NCBI GenBank assembly: GCA_964106645.2
Contig: OZ067042.1
Reading direction: 5' to 3' (one strand)
DNA from: Podarcis pityusensis
Lineage: Eukaryota
DNA: 64,000 nt
A program made the translations under genes and the position numbers. Under the pieces are notes generated by a model. It searched no databases. It was not told the DNA's origin and saw nothing but the letters and a program-made list of their open reading frames with translations. Shown in pieces: positions 1 to 12,435 of the stretch. Each line of letters opens with the position of its first letter. The first letter of the stretch is position 1.

Positions 1-980
1 GATCACCTAGCTAAGGCTCTGCATGCAGGGGGAGAAGAGGGAGAGAATGTTCTATTGGTCAAGCAGAAATCTTTGTGCTGCTGGAGTTTTCACTTTAGCA
101 CTATGTTGAATACAACCTAGACATGATTCTGCTGAGAAGGGATAATGGGGCAAGTCCATTAGGAGCGGGGAACCAAGCAATAGGAAAATAAAGACAAGAA
201 AATAATAGAGAGAACTATTTGACTTGGGGCAAATGAGCGATTTTAAAACAGGAAAAAGCAGCTAACATATTAATCCCTGCTGTGCAGCCTCTGTGTTCTT
301 TTTGCAAATGATTTCTGAATGTCATCTAATCCTTCTAAAACTTAGGAAATACAGGCTTGTCTCTGTACGCAGTGCTATGTAATCAGAGGAAATTAACCAG
401 ATGAAGTGAAGGGAGCTAACTAAATTGATAAATCATTGACGGTAAGGAGTTGTGTATGTACTGCATCTAATTGCATTTTGTAAATTAATGCCCAACATGT
501 TCCTGAAGGGTTGGTGTGCTGAACATATATGCAAAAATATGCTAAAATACCCCAGTGAGGCTTTGAAATCTGCCTGTTCATAGATCATTGTGCACATCAC
601 CTTCAATTGCTCTGGACAGCTTCTAACAGGGACTTTTTGCAGCCCTTGAATTTATGCAGTGGAAATTCACAATGGAAATTGAACAAACCTCAGAGTCACG
701 GAATAAATCAAATCTCATTTCTCCGTGTGTGGAGGGTGGGCTTTTTGTCCTGTCCCTTTGCCTTTCCAGCAACTTTTAAATTGTACTGTTTTCACACCAC
801 CAGGTCAGGTCCACCTTTCCTTTTAATGATCAGTTCTTAGTGCTTGGCCACTTCCCTGAACCTTTTTTATTTTTTATTAAATCTGAGCTACTGGCTTCTC
901 AGATGCCTGGTGCCTTGCTATAGCTCTGTAACTTTAATTCTTGCATGAGAATTATTAGGCAGAAAGAATGATGGCCCTTT

Positions 981-1280
981 CAGGAATATAGGAAACTGCT
1001 TTATATTGAATCAGGCCATTGAGCTCATGTATTCCCTGCACCAATGATGGTAAATCTGTGGCCCTCAAGATTTTGCAGGGCTACAGTTCCAGTAATCCTT
1101 GAGTCATGCTTGCTGGGGCTGATGGGATTTAGAGGGCCAGAGGTTTCCCAATCCTTGTCTGTACCAACTGGTAGTAGTTCTCCAGGAAAGGGAGTCTTTC
1201 CCACCTGTTTCTGGAGACACCAGGAATTGAACCTGGAAGACCAGGTTCTGCATACTAAGGAGACACTGTACTACTGAGCC
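981..1280 (-). mobile_element. Degraded tRNA-derived SINE, interrupted by a hAT-type MITE
   Basis: Same layout as the copy at 41033-41253: GGAATATAGGAA tail at left and a reverse-strand B-box-like GGAATTGAACCTGG at right. Confidence 0.6.
1042..1157. mobile_element. Short palindromic hAT-type MITE nested in the SINE
   Basis: Inverted arms CTGTGGCCCTC...GAGGGCCAGAGG; homologous to the intact copy at 52062-52197. Confidence 0.6.
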
Positions 1281-4060
1281 TTGAGCATTCTTTAGGCTCA
1301 CATGTAACACATTTTGTTGGCAGTACAGGCCAGAATTCCTAAATGTTTTCTGATAAGAAAATCTTAAATGATTTGAATGCGCTGCTTCTTTTCTTTTTTC
1401 ATTTAGGCCAGGGGTGGTGGGCAACCTCTGGCCTTCCATATGTTGGTCTGCAGCTTCCATCAACTCCAGCCAGAGGTTCCCCATGGATATACATACAGGA
1501 TGTAAATAAGGTTACTCAGGGCTGTAAATACTGTAACATCAGTATATTGGGCTGCAGTCTGGAGAACTGCACAATTCTTCTCTCTGTCTATTTTTAAGGC
1601 AGATATTTGGACACCAAGACTGGCACTATAAAAAAGGATTGCCCTCATTTTTATTGTATACTTGGAATCCTATTGATTCTCTGCCTCTTTGTAGAGAGGA
1701 GGGCAGAGTTTTCTTTATACCCATGAGAGACTGATGTAACCACTTTCCAAAATCTTAAACAGAATGGCTTGTTTAAGATCCACCCAGCATTTCTTTAGTA
1801 GCCCCTACAGAGTCCACACCCAAGCCTTAGCAGACATTGTTTGGCTTGTTGGATTTGTGCACTACTTGGTGGGGGATATTGAAGAAGTGGATTTTGGGGT
1901 ATTAGCTGTAAATTCTTAGTCTAATAGTTATGCATAGTACTAGTCTCTCCTGCCTTAAGCATTGCTTGAGAACTTTTTTTGTTGGGGGGGGCAGTGCTTT
2001 TTACACCCTTGAAAAACCTGACTGGCACTTTCTCCCCTTATCTTCTGAGTTGTACTTACTAAAGGTTGCAATGATGAGACTAGCCATAGCATATACGTTT
2101 GCTCATGGCCATGAAGGGTTATCTTTTCCAAAGCCTACCTCACTATCAGGGCTTACAGTTCTACTCATTCCCTCATCCTTGATGGGGAACCATATGCCTA
2201 GATCAGAGGTTTTCAACCTTTTTGAATCCATGGCGCCCTTGACCAACTACATTCTTTCTGCAGGAGCCCAGTTATGTCACCCCTTGCCTGCAGAGCTGGC
2301 ACCCTCTCACCCTTTCTCGAACACGCTCACTTGTGGAGTGTTCCCTCAGTCTCCTCTCCTCTCCCCTCTCATTGGGAGTCCTCTGAGCTGCCCCTCCCCC
2401 ACCCTCTAAGAGATGTGCTTCCTCACATTACCCCACAGAGATCTGGGACTTGTCTGCCCATTCCCAACAGTGGGTCTGCAGCTCCCAAGTCTCTAAAAGC
2501 TTTTTGATTGCACTGTAGGGACAAAGGTTAATACTGGCTCTTTGTTTTGTAAAGGCAATTTCTTCCAGAAGAAATCTATCAGGCTTATATGTGTGTGCCC
2601 AGCACAGAGAAGTCAGCTGCCTTGCCTGGACCTGCAGCAGCCTCTAGGGTGGAGTTTGGCAGATGTTTTGCATTCGCAGTGGTATCATGAAGGGTACAGC
2701 AACGAATTGCTCCCCTGATTAAATCTGCAGGGTGCACTTTAGGGAATCGGGATTGAATTACCGGAGCTGGAACTTGTTCAAAAGCCTGAGGATCATCCCT
2801 GCTGTGATTAACAACAAAAACAAACCAACTGTTGGTTCTCTTCTGCTTCAGACATTAACTCCCTGGGTTGCACCTGTGCCCCTACTCCCCCCACCCAGTG
2901 CATTGCATAAAAGAGGGGAGTGGTAACTATTATGGATTCTGTAGGCAAGGTTATCTGCATTTTGCCGTGGAAGTGGGGGAGATAAGTTCAGTTAAATAAA
3001 AAGGAAAAGTGTATTGGCTTTTTGATTAAACAAAGCATCTCAATATATAACATAGACCTTTTTCAGTTTTGCTCTATGGAAGCTTACATTTTTTAAGCAA
3101 CAGGAGTAGGTTCTGTTGGAGGTGATATCCTCTGGTGTGAGAGCTATCTCACCCTTCCCTGCACCTGCGCCAGTGATCCTTCCTTCTGATCACCATTGCC
3201 TGTTTGAGCTTTGCCTTCCCACTTCCTAACTGCAGTTTGCCCCATGATGTTATTGTGCCCCCTTTTTGTCAGTGGTAGTCCTAAGAAGCAATTTATCTGG
3301 GTGCCCAGCCTCAGTGACCTGTTACACAAATCATGGTAGTAGTACTCGTGATCTAGAACTAACCTTACTATGGTTTATAACACTAATTTTGCCGTAGCAA
3401 CTTCGAAGAAAGGACTGGTGCTGCTTTGGAATGATAGGGAATAAAGAAACAATAGTGTTTGTTTAAAAGAACAATAATTATTGAGAATTGGAGGGGGGCA
3501 GTTTGAGAGAAGTGCTAATGTGCCTGGATTGAATAAGCAAAAGGAGTGCAAGCAGCATAAATGGTATTTTCCCTAGTGAATTGTAGCCACGTGATTCTCA
3601 TTGACTTGAATGGGTGTCGTGCTGCTAAAACACTTTTAAATTCAGCCCATTTAATGGCCAGGCTGGGAGCCAGCGGGAAATTACTGCCGTTGCTAATACA
3701 TGCTTGCATCTTTGCAAAATCTGAGAGTAAACCTAGGTGGAGGAACTGTGGGTTTTGTACTCTCCTCTCCACCTCCAACCACATCATTTTTCCTTTTCAC
3801 TGAAACTCTGCCCAAGTCAGACTGTGGTCCCTGCCCCCACTACGGTCTTGAACAGTGCACAGCACAAGGCCTGATCTAGTTGGTAACTTTGAACTACTGC
3901 TAGATCATTTTACTGTGTCCTCAATCTTGGCTGTGCGGAGAAGTGATTTGTTAGCCTCTTGGAGTATTGCAACAATAATGTCGTCTACTGTGCAGTAAAG
4001 CAAATGAAAGATGATTTTCTCCTCAGATTTACAGCTGTGTTGGCCTTGGGGTCCTGGCTG

Positions 4061-4599
4061 TGTCATGACTCCAGAGTCTAGCAGCAAACCAGACTCTGAG
4101 GCTGCAGCTAAGGAGCTGAACCAGATTCAGGGCTCTGAACCTGCTGCTGGAGATTGGAAGACCACTGAGGCTGACGGACAGGAGCACCCAGAACAATCTC
4201 TCACACCACCAGGATCTATAGGACCAAGACCCTAATGGGAGCCTTCCCCCTGAGCCTGAGGAACAAAATGCCTCTCACAATAGCAGCACAGGGAGGAACA
4301 TAGGCAGGAGGCTATGGAACAGAGGAAGAGTGCCTATCTTCCAGGCAGAGGATTGACCCTTTAAAATCTAAAGTTATCCACAAAGGCAAGGAGCCTGGGA
4401 AAGGCAGTCTGGGTAGCAGAGACTAAAGAAGGCTCATTCTGCTCTCAACCTTTGTTGAATTAGTAAGTTGCTTGCTCAGAGCTATCCATGGTTCTGCAGC
4501 TCCTGCCTTGCCTTACATCTGACTGGAAGAGGACATACTGCATCCCTTTTTGGAGGATGATGAGCCTGAGTCCTAATCTCTGTAGCCAAAATCCCTACA
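4061..4599. mobile_element. Possible solo LTR
   Basis: ~540 bp block starting TGTCATGAC and ending CCCTACA (TG...CA termini). No clean target-site duplication seen. Confidence 0.3.
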
Positions 4600-5293
4600 A
4601 TATGGTGTTGGTCACATTTATGATTTGGTTAAGAACATTCCCATGAAAGAAAATGTAAAATAGGAAGTATCAACAAGATTCTGGTGTTCCATTAAGTTAT
4701 GTGCACTTCAGTCAAAGATGAGAGTGCCTGTTCCACCCCACCCACCCATTTCTATTAATGCTATGTATCCTTTGGTTGCAAGATCCAGTTTGTTCAAAAA
4801 TGCAAGAAATACCCGAAAACTCCTAACGTGTTGTTCCTCTCCACTAGAGGAACAAATAGGACAGTTTTACTCTAATTCTGTCTCTGATAATTCTCCCAAG
4901 GTGTTATTCTTTTCCATCAGAGAAGAGGGATCAAGAAGAAAAGGACAATATTGTTCTAATTCTGTCAAAGCCATTTACTTGCCATTTAGGAGTATATTCT
5001 TGTTAGCCTCAGAATTTCATGTAATAGAACGCTATCCAAATTCACTTATCATGGGAGTTGGCTCTCTCTCTGGTGAGTATGAGCCCCAATTCCCTCTCTA
5101 GCTCTGAGCTTGGGAGAAGGGCAGAGGTTTGCCTCTGCTATCAAGTTATTCTTTGGAGGCACTTGCTGCACAACCCAAAGTTCAGGATGATGTCAGACAA
5201 GCTCTTGCCCCTTCTTCAGCGACGAGTAGAGTTGATGGTGAGCAGCTGTGTATCACCCTCATTTGAAAGAATCTGGAAATGGACACGAAATCT

Positions 5294-5563
5294 TAAGAAC
5301 ATAAGAAGCATTTGTTGGATCAGGCCAATGGCCCATCAAGTCCAGCATCCAGTCATCACATTGACCAACCAGATGCTGGTTGGGAAATCAGCAAATAGGA
5401 CCCGAGCACAAAAGCACTTGCCTCTTTTGTGGATTCCAGCAATTGATATTCATAAGCATACTGCTTCCAACCATGGAGGCAGAGCATAGCCATCATGGCT
5501 AGTAGCATTGACAGCCTTCTTCTCCATGATAATCCTATTTTAAAGCCATCCATGTTGATGGCC
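5294..5563 (-). mobile_element. CR1 LINE 3' end fragment
   Basis: Starts TAAGAACATAAGAAG...GGATCAGGCCAATGGCCCATC, the reverse complement of the squamate CR1 3' terminus. Matches the copies at 29100, 46330 and 58105. Confidence 0.7.
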
Positions 5564-6165
5564 AACAGTTCTACAGCACAGTCATTTAGGGAGTCTAGAC
5601 ATTTTACCTTTTGTCATAGGTGGAACGCATGTGCAGCCATTTTATGTGAGGATACTTGAAGCCACCCATTACTACAACAAAATTCCCATGAATTTTATCG
5701 GTCACCAGAAATTCTTTGTTGCATTGAAAATGCAAACTAGGCCCAGGTGGCAGTGCAATTTTGTTTTGAACAATTTTGAAGTTGGCAAATATTTGGTTTA
5801 TTTTGGAAAGTATGCCCTTGGTTAATGCAAATCATTGACTTTGGCTACTGAGGGATGTTTTTAAAAGCTATGAACACTTAATTCATATGTGTTCCTTCCA
5901 GCTGAACTAATGAATGTATACAGTAAACAATAGAGAGCACAGCTAAAGTAAAAAGAGCCAAATTTGTCTGGGAAGAGAATGTCTTGCCAGGTTCAGTTGT
6001 GTATCCTCTTTAAAGGGCTCCAGCTACTTTACTGTTGCCAGAATGGTACACACACCCACACAGAGTGAGAACCTAAGACCATTTTTAACAGCATACTTGC
6101 TAGGCCTGCCTGAGGGAGGAGCTGGACTCCAGGACAGTAACCTGTCTTCCCCAAATACCATGTAT

Positions 6166-6234
6166 AAGAAGAAGAAGAAGAAGATGATCCTTCTACTTCT
6201 CCTCCTCCTCCTCCTCCTCCTCCTCCTCCTCCTC
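6166..6234. repeat. Compound trinucleotide microsatellite (AAG)6...(CTC)n
   Basis: Read directly from the sequence. Explains the poly-K/L/R ORFs at 6024-6285. Confidence 0.95.
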
Positions 6235-6639
6235 TCCCCCACCCCCAGTTTGGTCCTACTTCTACTCATTTGTAATTTCTGCTAGTTGAGTTTAGTATCC
6301 GTAGTACATTATCTGAAGAATGTAGTGAGACTCAACTGATAGCTCCATCTGCTTGAACTAACATACGAGAATGACTTGATTCTGAGGTTAGTCGTACGGA
6401 TAACTGCTGATAGTCTGAAACAGCACTGCTGTAAAAACCTTTCAATTTGGATCATGAACCACAGCCTGCTTAGCCATTCTGTCTACAGCTCAGCATATTT
6501 GTCTGTGGAAAAGTGGTCTCCTGCTTCAAATTCTGGCATTGTGTGTTCTATGCCTCTACAATAAAACGGAGCAGGGCACTTCGATTGATCAGGCGCTAAC
6601 TATGTAACTATTGTGGATGCTGGTTTTAGTCCAGGGCTA

Positions 6640-7335
6640 CTGCTTTAAATTTCTATTCCGCCTTTCCACACAATCGTGTTCAAGATAACAACAAATGAGA
6701 TACAATGCAAAATAAAGTAATTGCACAAAATACTCAGCTGTTTATAGAACAAGTAAAAAACAGATCAATAAAGCAGTGGCTATTTAACAAAAGGCAGGCA
6801 GTAGATGAAACAGATCAGTGGAACTGGCCAAAAGCCTGTCTAATTAGAAAGGTGTTCACTTGTCAAAAGATCGCTAGAGAAATAAGGCTTCCTAAGAAGG
6901 GAGTTCCAGGGCCTGTGCAGCCACTAAGAAGGACCCTTTTCAAGTTCCACCAAATGAATGGTGGCAGGACAGAGAGAGGAGCCTCTTCTATAGATCTTAA
7001 AACCCAGGCACGTTTGTATGGGAGAAAGTGGTCCTTAGGGTCACCTCAACCAAAGCTGTTTAAGGCATTGTTGAGCATCACCAGCAGTTTGAATTGCACT
7101 TGGAAATAGACTGTTGGCCAGTGAAGATGTTGTATGAAGAAAGTCACATACTGCCTATAACCAGCCCCGGTTAGCATCTTGGCTGCAGCATTCTGAACCA
7201 GCTGAAGTTTCGAAGCACTCTACATAGGCAACCCTACACAGAGTGAAAATACAGTAGTCCAGATGAAATGTAACCAAGACATGTGTCATATGGCCAGATC
7301 TGAAATTTCTAGGAATGGACACTGTACACTAGCCA
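6640..7335 (-). mobile_element. L2-clade LINE 3' fragment (degenerate ORF2 C-terminus and 3' UTR)
   Basis: Reverse strand reads LDYC...VGLP...KLQLVQNAAAKMLTG with frameshifts, the typical L2 ORF2 C-terminal motif. Confidence 0.8.
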
Positions 7336-10300
7336 TAACTGTGAAGGGCCATTCATGTAATGGTTCTAATGTATGTTCCTTAATAAATACCTTAAATGAA
7401 ACTAGATTCAGATACATTCACTACTTCTTCATTTGCTGAGATAACACGATGCTTGTTAATGTGTTGAGTGCTCTAAGGAACATTAGGCTGAATTGAAAAG
7501 AAGTTGGGGGAGGGATTTTTTAAAAAAGTAGAAACCATGGAAACTTGGACAAAGCTTCTCTTGGTCAGGAGTAGTGTTTATGCACAATTCCCTTCCCTTG
7601 TCATTTGTGCAGTTATATATTACCTTTTACCTTGCTTTCTCGCTTCCCCAAGGCCTCACCTAAATGTTCAGCACACTATGAAAGACTTAAGTGTTGCAGT
7701 AAATTACACAATAATTCAGAAAGTATGCAAATTTAATTTAGTAAATAATTACTCGAGTGAGGAATTGGGATTTTGGTGGAATTGAGCTGAACACTGTTAA
7801 TGGATCTCAGATGAATATTGTGGGTGGTCCAGTCACAGTCTAGAAATCTAGAAACAGTTACAAAATGTGCTGAGTGTTTTGTTTTTATTTAACATTTAAT
7901 TATTTAGTTACATACTTTGTCTTTGCTGCTTCTAGGAATTAATTCCAGCAGAGACTTCAGCTGCATCAGCAAATTCTTAAGATGCTGTCTGCAGACTGAT
8001 ACAATTTTTCAGCTTTTTCTGTATTAATTAGAACACTCTTGTAAAATTTGTCAATTATCTGTTGTTTTATGTACAGATGCAGTCACTGCTTTCCAGTTAA
8101 AGTGATAAGCCTTTCAATTACAGGAAGAAATTATATTAGCAGCTAATAGTTTCCAGAGACATGCTTTTGGATAATGGATGGGCATGTTAAGTGTAGGACC
8201 ATTTTTGTGACATACAGTGCTTAATTAACTTTATTTGTTTTGGAAGAATGCCTAGGAAATAGCTGTTTAAATTAAACATTGGGCTGATCTGTCCCATCTA
8301 GCTGTATTCTGGAAGGTAAACACTGCAGGTCTAGCAGTTCATTATATTTTGCTTTGAAAGGGCTTTGGTTAGGATGGTCTTCCCCAACCTGGTGTGTGCC
8401 AGATGTGTTTTGGACTATAACTTCCATCAGCTTTCTGTTACAGGGATAATATAGGTTGCCACTTTCAAAAGAAACTAAGGCAATTGCATCTTTGGCCTAT
8501 CTTCTTAGCTGTTTCTGAAATAACCTCATGACAGATATTACTGCGAGTTCGTATGACCCCCTTTGTGTGCTCAAATTAGGAGGGGGAAAAGCAAAATAGG
8601 GGCACTAATTGCGCAACCTTCCTTGTTTCCAAGGTAGCTATTAAAATCTTAACACTTTTCGATTTCCCATATATGCAGTTCCACAGTCCCCAGAGCTACA
8701 ATTATTTCCTTGCCGTGGGGCGTTTATTTTTTCTTGTTACTAAACCTATAAGAGAGGTCATGGAGTGAAGGCCTATTCAGTGATAACATGGTGAAAGATA
8801 GATCTAATCTTCAACAATACATACTTGTGTGAAAATGGTTACAAGTTCCTTCTTAAAGCGAGAATCTGACGGGTTTCCTCCTCATAAGGAACATCATTTT
8901 CAAATGTTGCAACAAACAGGCTATCTTTACATGTGCACAGCATTTAGACTATATGCATAGCGTTTAGACTATAGCCCCACCCTGAAGTACCCTTGATGGG
9001 TGCATAGCATGGTTAAAACCTGTGACGTTTTATATAGAAGTGTTCCTGATATGCAGAATGTAATAATCTGAATTTTTTTAGTGCCAGTTACCCAAATCAG
9101 GCACATTCATAGCACACATGCCCCAAACACCATCTTTTGATATTGTTGACATCCATCTGTCTTGATAGACAATGGAAGAATGTGCCATTAGGGGTAAGTC
9201 AAATTGTTGGAGAGTTACAGCACCTGCTGTAGCTGTAGAGACCAATATGAAAGAGACATGTTTTGATGCAGCTGGGGCAGATGAAGGTGTCCGCTTCTGC
9301 TGATGCATGTGCACTATGGTGTTTCTTCTCTCTGTGGTCCTCCTAGCGGTCATTTCTCCTCTTGTCACTGCTGACTGTCTCCAGACATTGCAGTTTTAAT
9401 GTTGCCAGCCTTCATATCATGTTTGCAAACATCTTTATAACATGATCTGCCAGCAGGCCTGGAGCCTGGAGCCAGCTCCTTGGGGATCCTGCCATCTTCC
9501 ATTCTGTGTCCAAGACCAAGCCAGTGTAGATGTCACTGAGACAGAAGCGTGAACATGCTGAGAACGTTGGCTTAGAAGAGCACATCTTTGTTTGAGACTC
9601 TGTCCTGCCATGTGATGTTTATATTAGGAAAGCCAATACTGATTTATCAGGAAATGTATTCTAACACTATAAAATATAAAGTCTCTCAGTAATTCAGTAG
9701 GATTTTATTCCATCAGAAACAGCCTTTTTGCACCTCTATGTTCCCTTGATAGTTCAAGAAGTTCATTCAATTATCATACTGGTGATGTGTTTTGGATGCT
9801 GTCTCTGCTTTCCATATTAATAGGATACCAATGTGGCTGGGATAGATGTTTGTTTGTTTTTTAACTCACTGTGCAAGAGGTCTAGTACCTGCCTCAGATC
9901 AGCATCTCTGACTGTAGTTCCAGAAACAACAACATGGCTGAGTTGCAATAGTTACCTGATCTTCTTATTTGCAAAACTGTATTTGACCATACAAGCACAA
10001 GAGCTTAAATTCTCACAAGTTGCTTAATAAGATCCATGTTTCTTCTATACATGGACAAAAATCTGTCTTTTGGAATGATTGGGAAACAATTCATTTTTGC
10101 AGAGAACATCATGGCCTCTTGGTTCATGAGAACAACATGTCTAAATCTTTGACAGTAGTGAGGATTTCCACCAAGTGGACAAAACCAGCCTGTTCCTAAA
10201 AATTCTTGGACTGACACCCTTCATTTGCTCCATAGCAACTGTAATGTGATACTCACTTAGACAGCCTCCTGTATTGCAGATTGTCACTTGCAACTCAAGT

Positions 10301-10969
10301 GTTGTTCCTACTTACTGAGGTGCAGAGAAACTGGTAATGTGCAAGACTGTTACCACAAGTTGCGGCTTGTTCAGGGATTGGCTTCACTGTACCACCCACA
10401 TCTTGCATCCCTAAGATACGGCAGGCAGTAGCAGGGTGGTAGCTGCTACTTCTGGGGGGGGAAACAAGCTGCAGAGAAATCTGGAGCAGGGTTTATCTGA
10501 ATGAAGAACAAAGCAGATTTATCAAAGGAGCCAGCTCTGTTCCTGCTGTGAGTGGCCTCAGCCTAGATCTTCAAATTACATAAATTCTAAACTGCATTTG
10601 TCACTTGTGGAAAGAGAAGACAGTTCAGACAAAACCACTGCAAATGCCAGGGTATAAATACTGGTCCTCAACAGAGTGTAAGAATGGGGAACTGAGATTT
10701 GTGGAAGAGCTGCTCCCTGCCGTGTTCTTGGCTTAAAAACCATTGCCGCTATTCCCCTGCCTGCTGGACCTCTCTTTTTGCAAAGCTCCTAACAGGTATT
10801 TTTGTGTGCCATCTCTGCCCACAAATTGACGCTTACACATCTTCAGAAAGTGAGGTGATCTGTTTAAAAGCTGTGCCAATCCAACAGGGACAATTAAGCT
10901 TTGTCTCTTTCTGAGGTTTTTTTCCTGAGAGGCTTGGAATACACGCCTCTGTTTGCTGCTGGAGTTGTT

Positions 10970-11385
10970 GTTATTACTTATATTTGTTAGCTGATTTACA
11001 CAAAAGAAAGTCTCAAAGCAACTTAACAAGATAACAGACCACAGATAAAACAATTAAAACCAGAAAATTTAAAACAATGAAATCCAAAATACTTAAAGCA
11101 TTTATCCACCCCACTAAAGGTGACCATCACCATAGGAGCCAACGATTAGCAACGGTCTGAGTAATAATGATGGCACCAGGTGCATTTCCCTGGGGAGAAC
11201 ATTTCACAGATGGCTGGGGAGGTCACTACTGAGAATGCCCTTAAGCAACAGAACTTCATGTGCAGCAGTAGGAGGCTGATGTGACTTATGTGTTGCACAA
11301 CAGCAAGAAAGCCCAGCCAGAAATGATGTCAGAGACTTCAGGTCAATGCCCAGGAACAGACAACCATTTAAATACGAAAGGAAAG
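10970..11385 (-). mobile_element. Old L2 3' fragment
   Basis: Patchy similarity to 6640-7030 (CACTACTGAGAATGCCC vs CCACTAAGAAGGACCC) and an L2-type tail. Confidence 0.4.
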
Positions 11386-12318
11386 TAATTGATACTAAAC
11401 TTAATATGCCTTTTTTTTTAATTTTAAAAAACCCAGTGTTGAGAACTTGTGTCTGCAAACTCTTGCATTCTCACTGCCTCCTCAGGCATTTAAAAATAAG
11501 ATCACGGTAGCTTTTTCAATGTGTCATGGTAAGAAGCTAAACAGGTGAGAACCTTGTACACACTGCCTTGAAGCACACATTCAGAAGACAGCTCTGTTCA
11601 GAGCCTCCTTCCCTTTCAAGTACACTTCACCTTCTTTCTGTGGTTAATTGCAGATGACTTGAATCTGTGCAGTTGGCAAGAGGACAGAGTTCTGATTCAT
11701 GGAGCTGTGGTGATAGCTTTCTATTTAACTGTCTGGCAGAGGGTGTATTATTCTATTATGCTCAGTCCCTAGTGGCTAGTTGCATTCGGGAGTGAATTAT
11801 TCTTCCTCCTGGGTCTGATCTCTGTGCTTGAGGTCTACGCTTTCAAACACTTATTATTCCCATCGCAACCTCGGCACATATGCAAGAAAATGGCCAATTG
11901 AATCTGTAGATAGCTGTTACTGCTGGCGATTTTTTCCTCACTGCCAGTAAACCTGACAAACAGAATCAAGGAAGGAGCCTGTTTTCAGAGGAGGCAGCCT
12001 GTTCTAGCAACAGCAGGATTGCTGACAAAACTATTCAGAAGTGACCTTGCAGCACATCAACATTTATTCTTCCACTGTACCGCCCCATTCTCTGTTGTGT
12101 AGTGCATAGATTGCACCTGTGGAGAGCATCTTCGAGGTGCTAGGCAGCACATTTTTATAGATCTACTTGGCAGAGCTCCTCCAAGTTTGGCAGATTCCTC
12201 TTCCATCCTCATTTCCCATTAAGGCAGTAGGATTCCTGTATGCTCACTGCTGAATGCTGTAGATTGAACAATTTTCAACAAGCTGATTCTTCTCTCTCAT
12301 TGTGTATTTCTGGTGCAG

Positions 12319-12435
12319 GTTTTGGAAGTCGTGCGCTCCAACTACGACACCCTCACCCTAAAGTTGCAGGATGGGCTGGACCAATATGAACGTTACTCGG
12401 AGCAACACAAAGAAGCTGCTTTCTTTAAAGAACTG
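12319..12435 (+). CDS. ARMH3: ARMH3 (C10orf76) penultimate coding exon
   Basis: tgcag| exon |gtgagt; 117 nt, phase 0-0. Translates [39 protein letters not shown], near-identical to the recalled human ARMH3 C-terminal region. Confidence 0.96.

Noticed and set aside
6024-6285. ORFs with poly-R, poly-K and poly-L (signal-peptide-like)
   Set aside because: Translation of the trinucleotide microsatellite.
8940-8974. Short direct repeats here and near 4860/4943, 50574 and 58870
   Set aside because: Two-copy slippage duplications with no spacer array; not CRISPR-like and not evidently functional.
1-12318. Further upstream ARMH3 coding exons
   Set aside because: No exon matching the preceding ARMH3 peptide was found, consistent with this all being one long intron.
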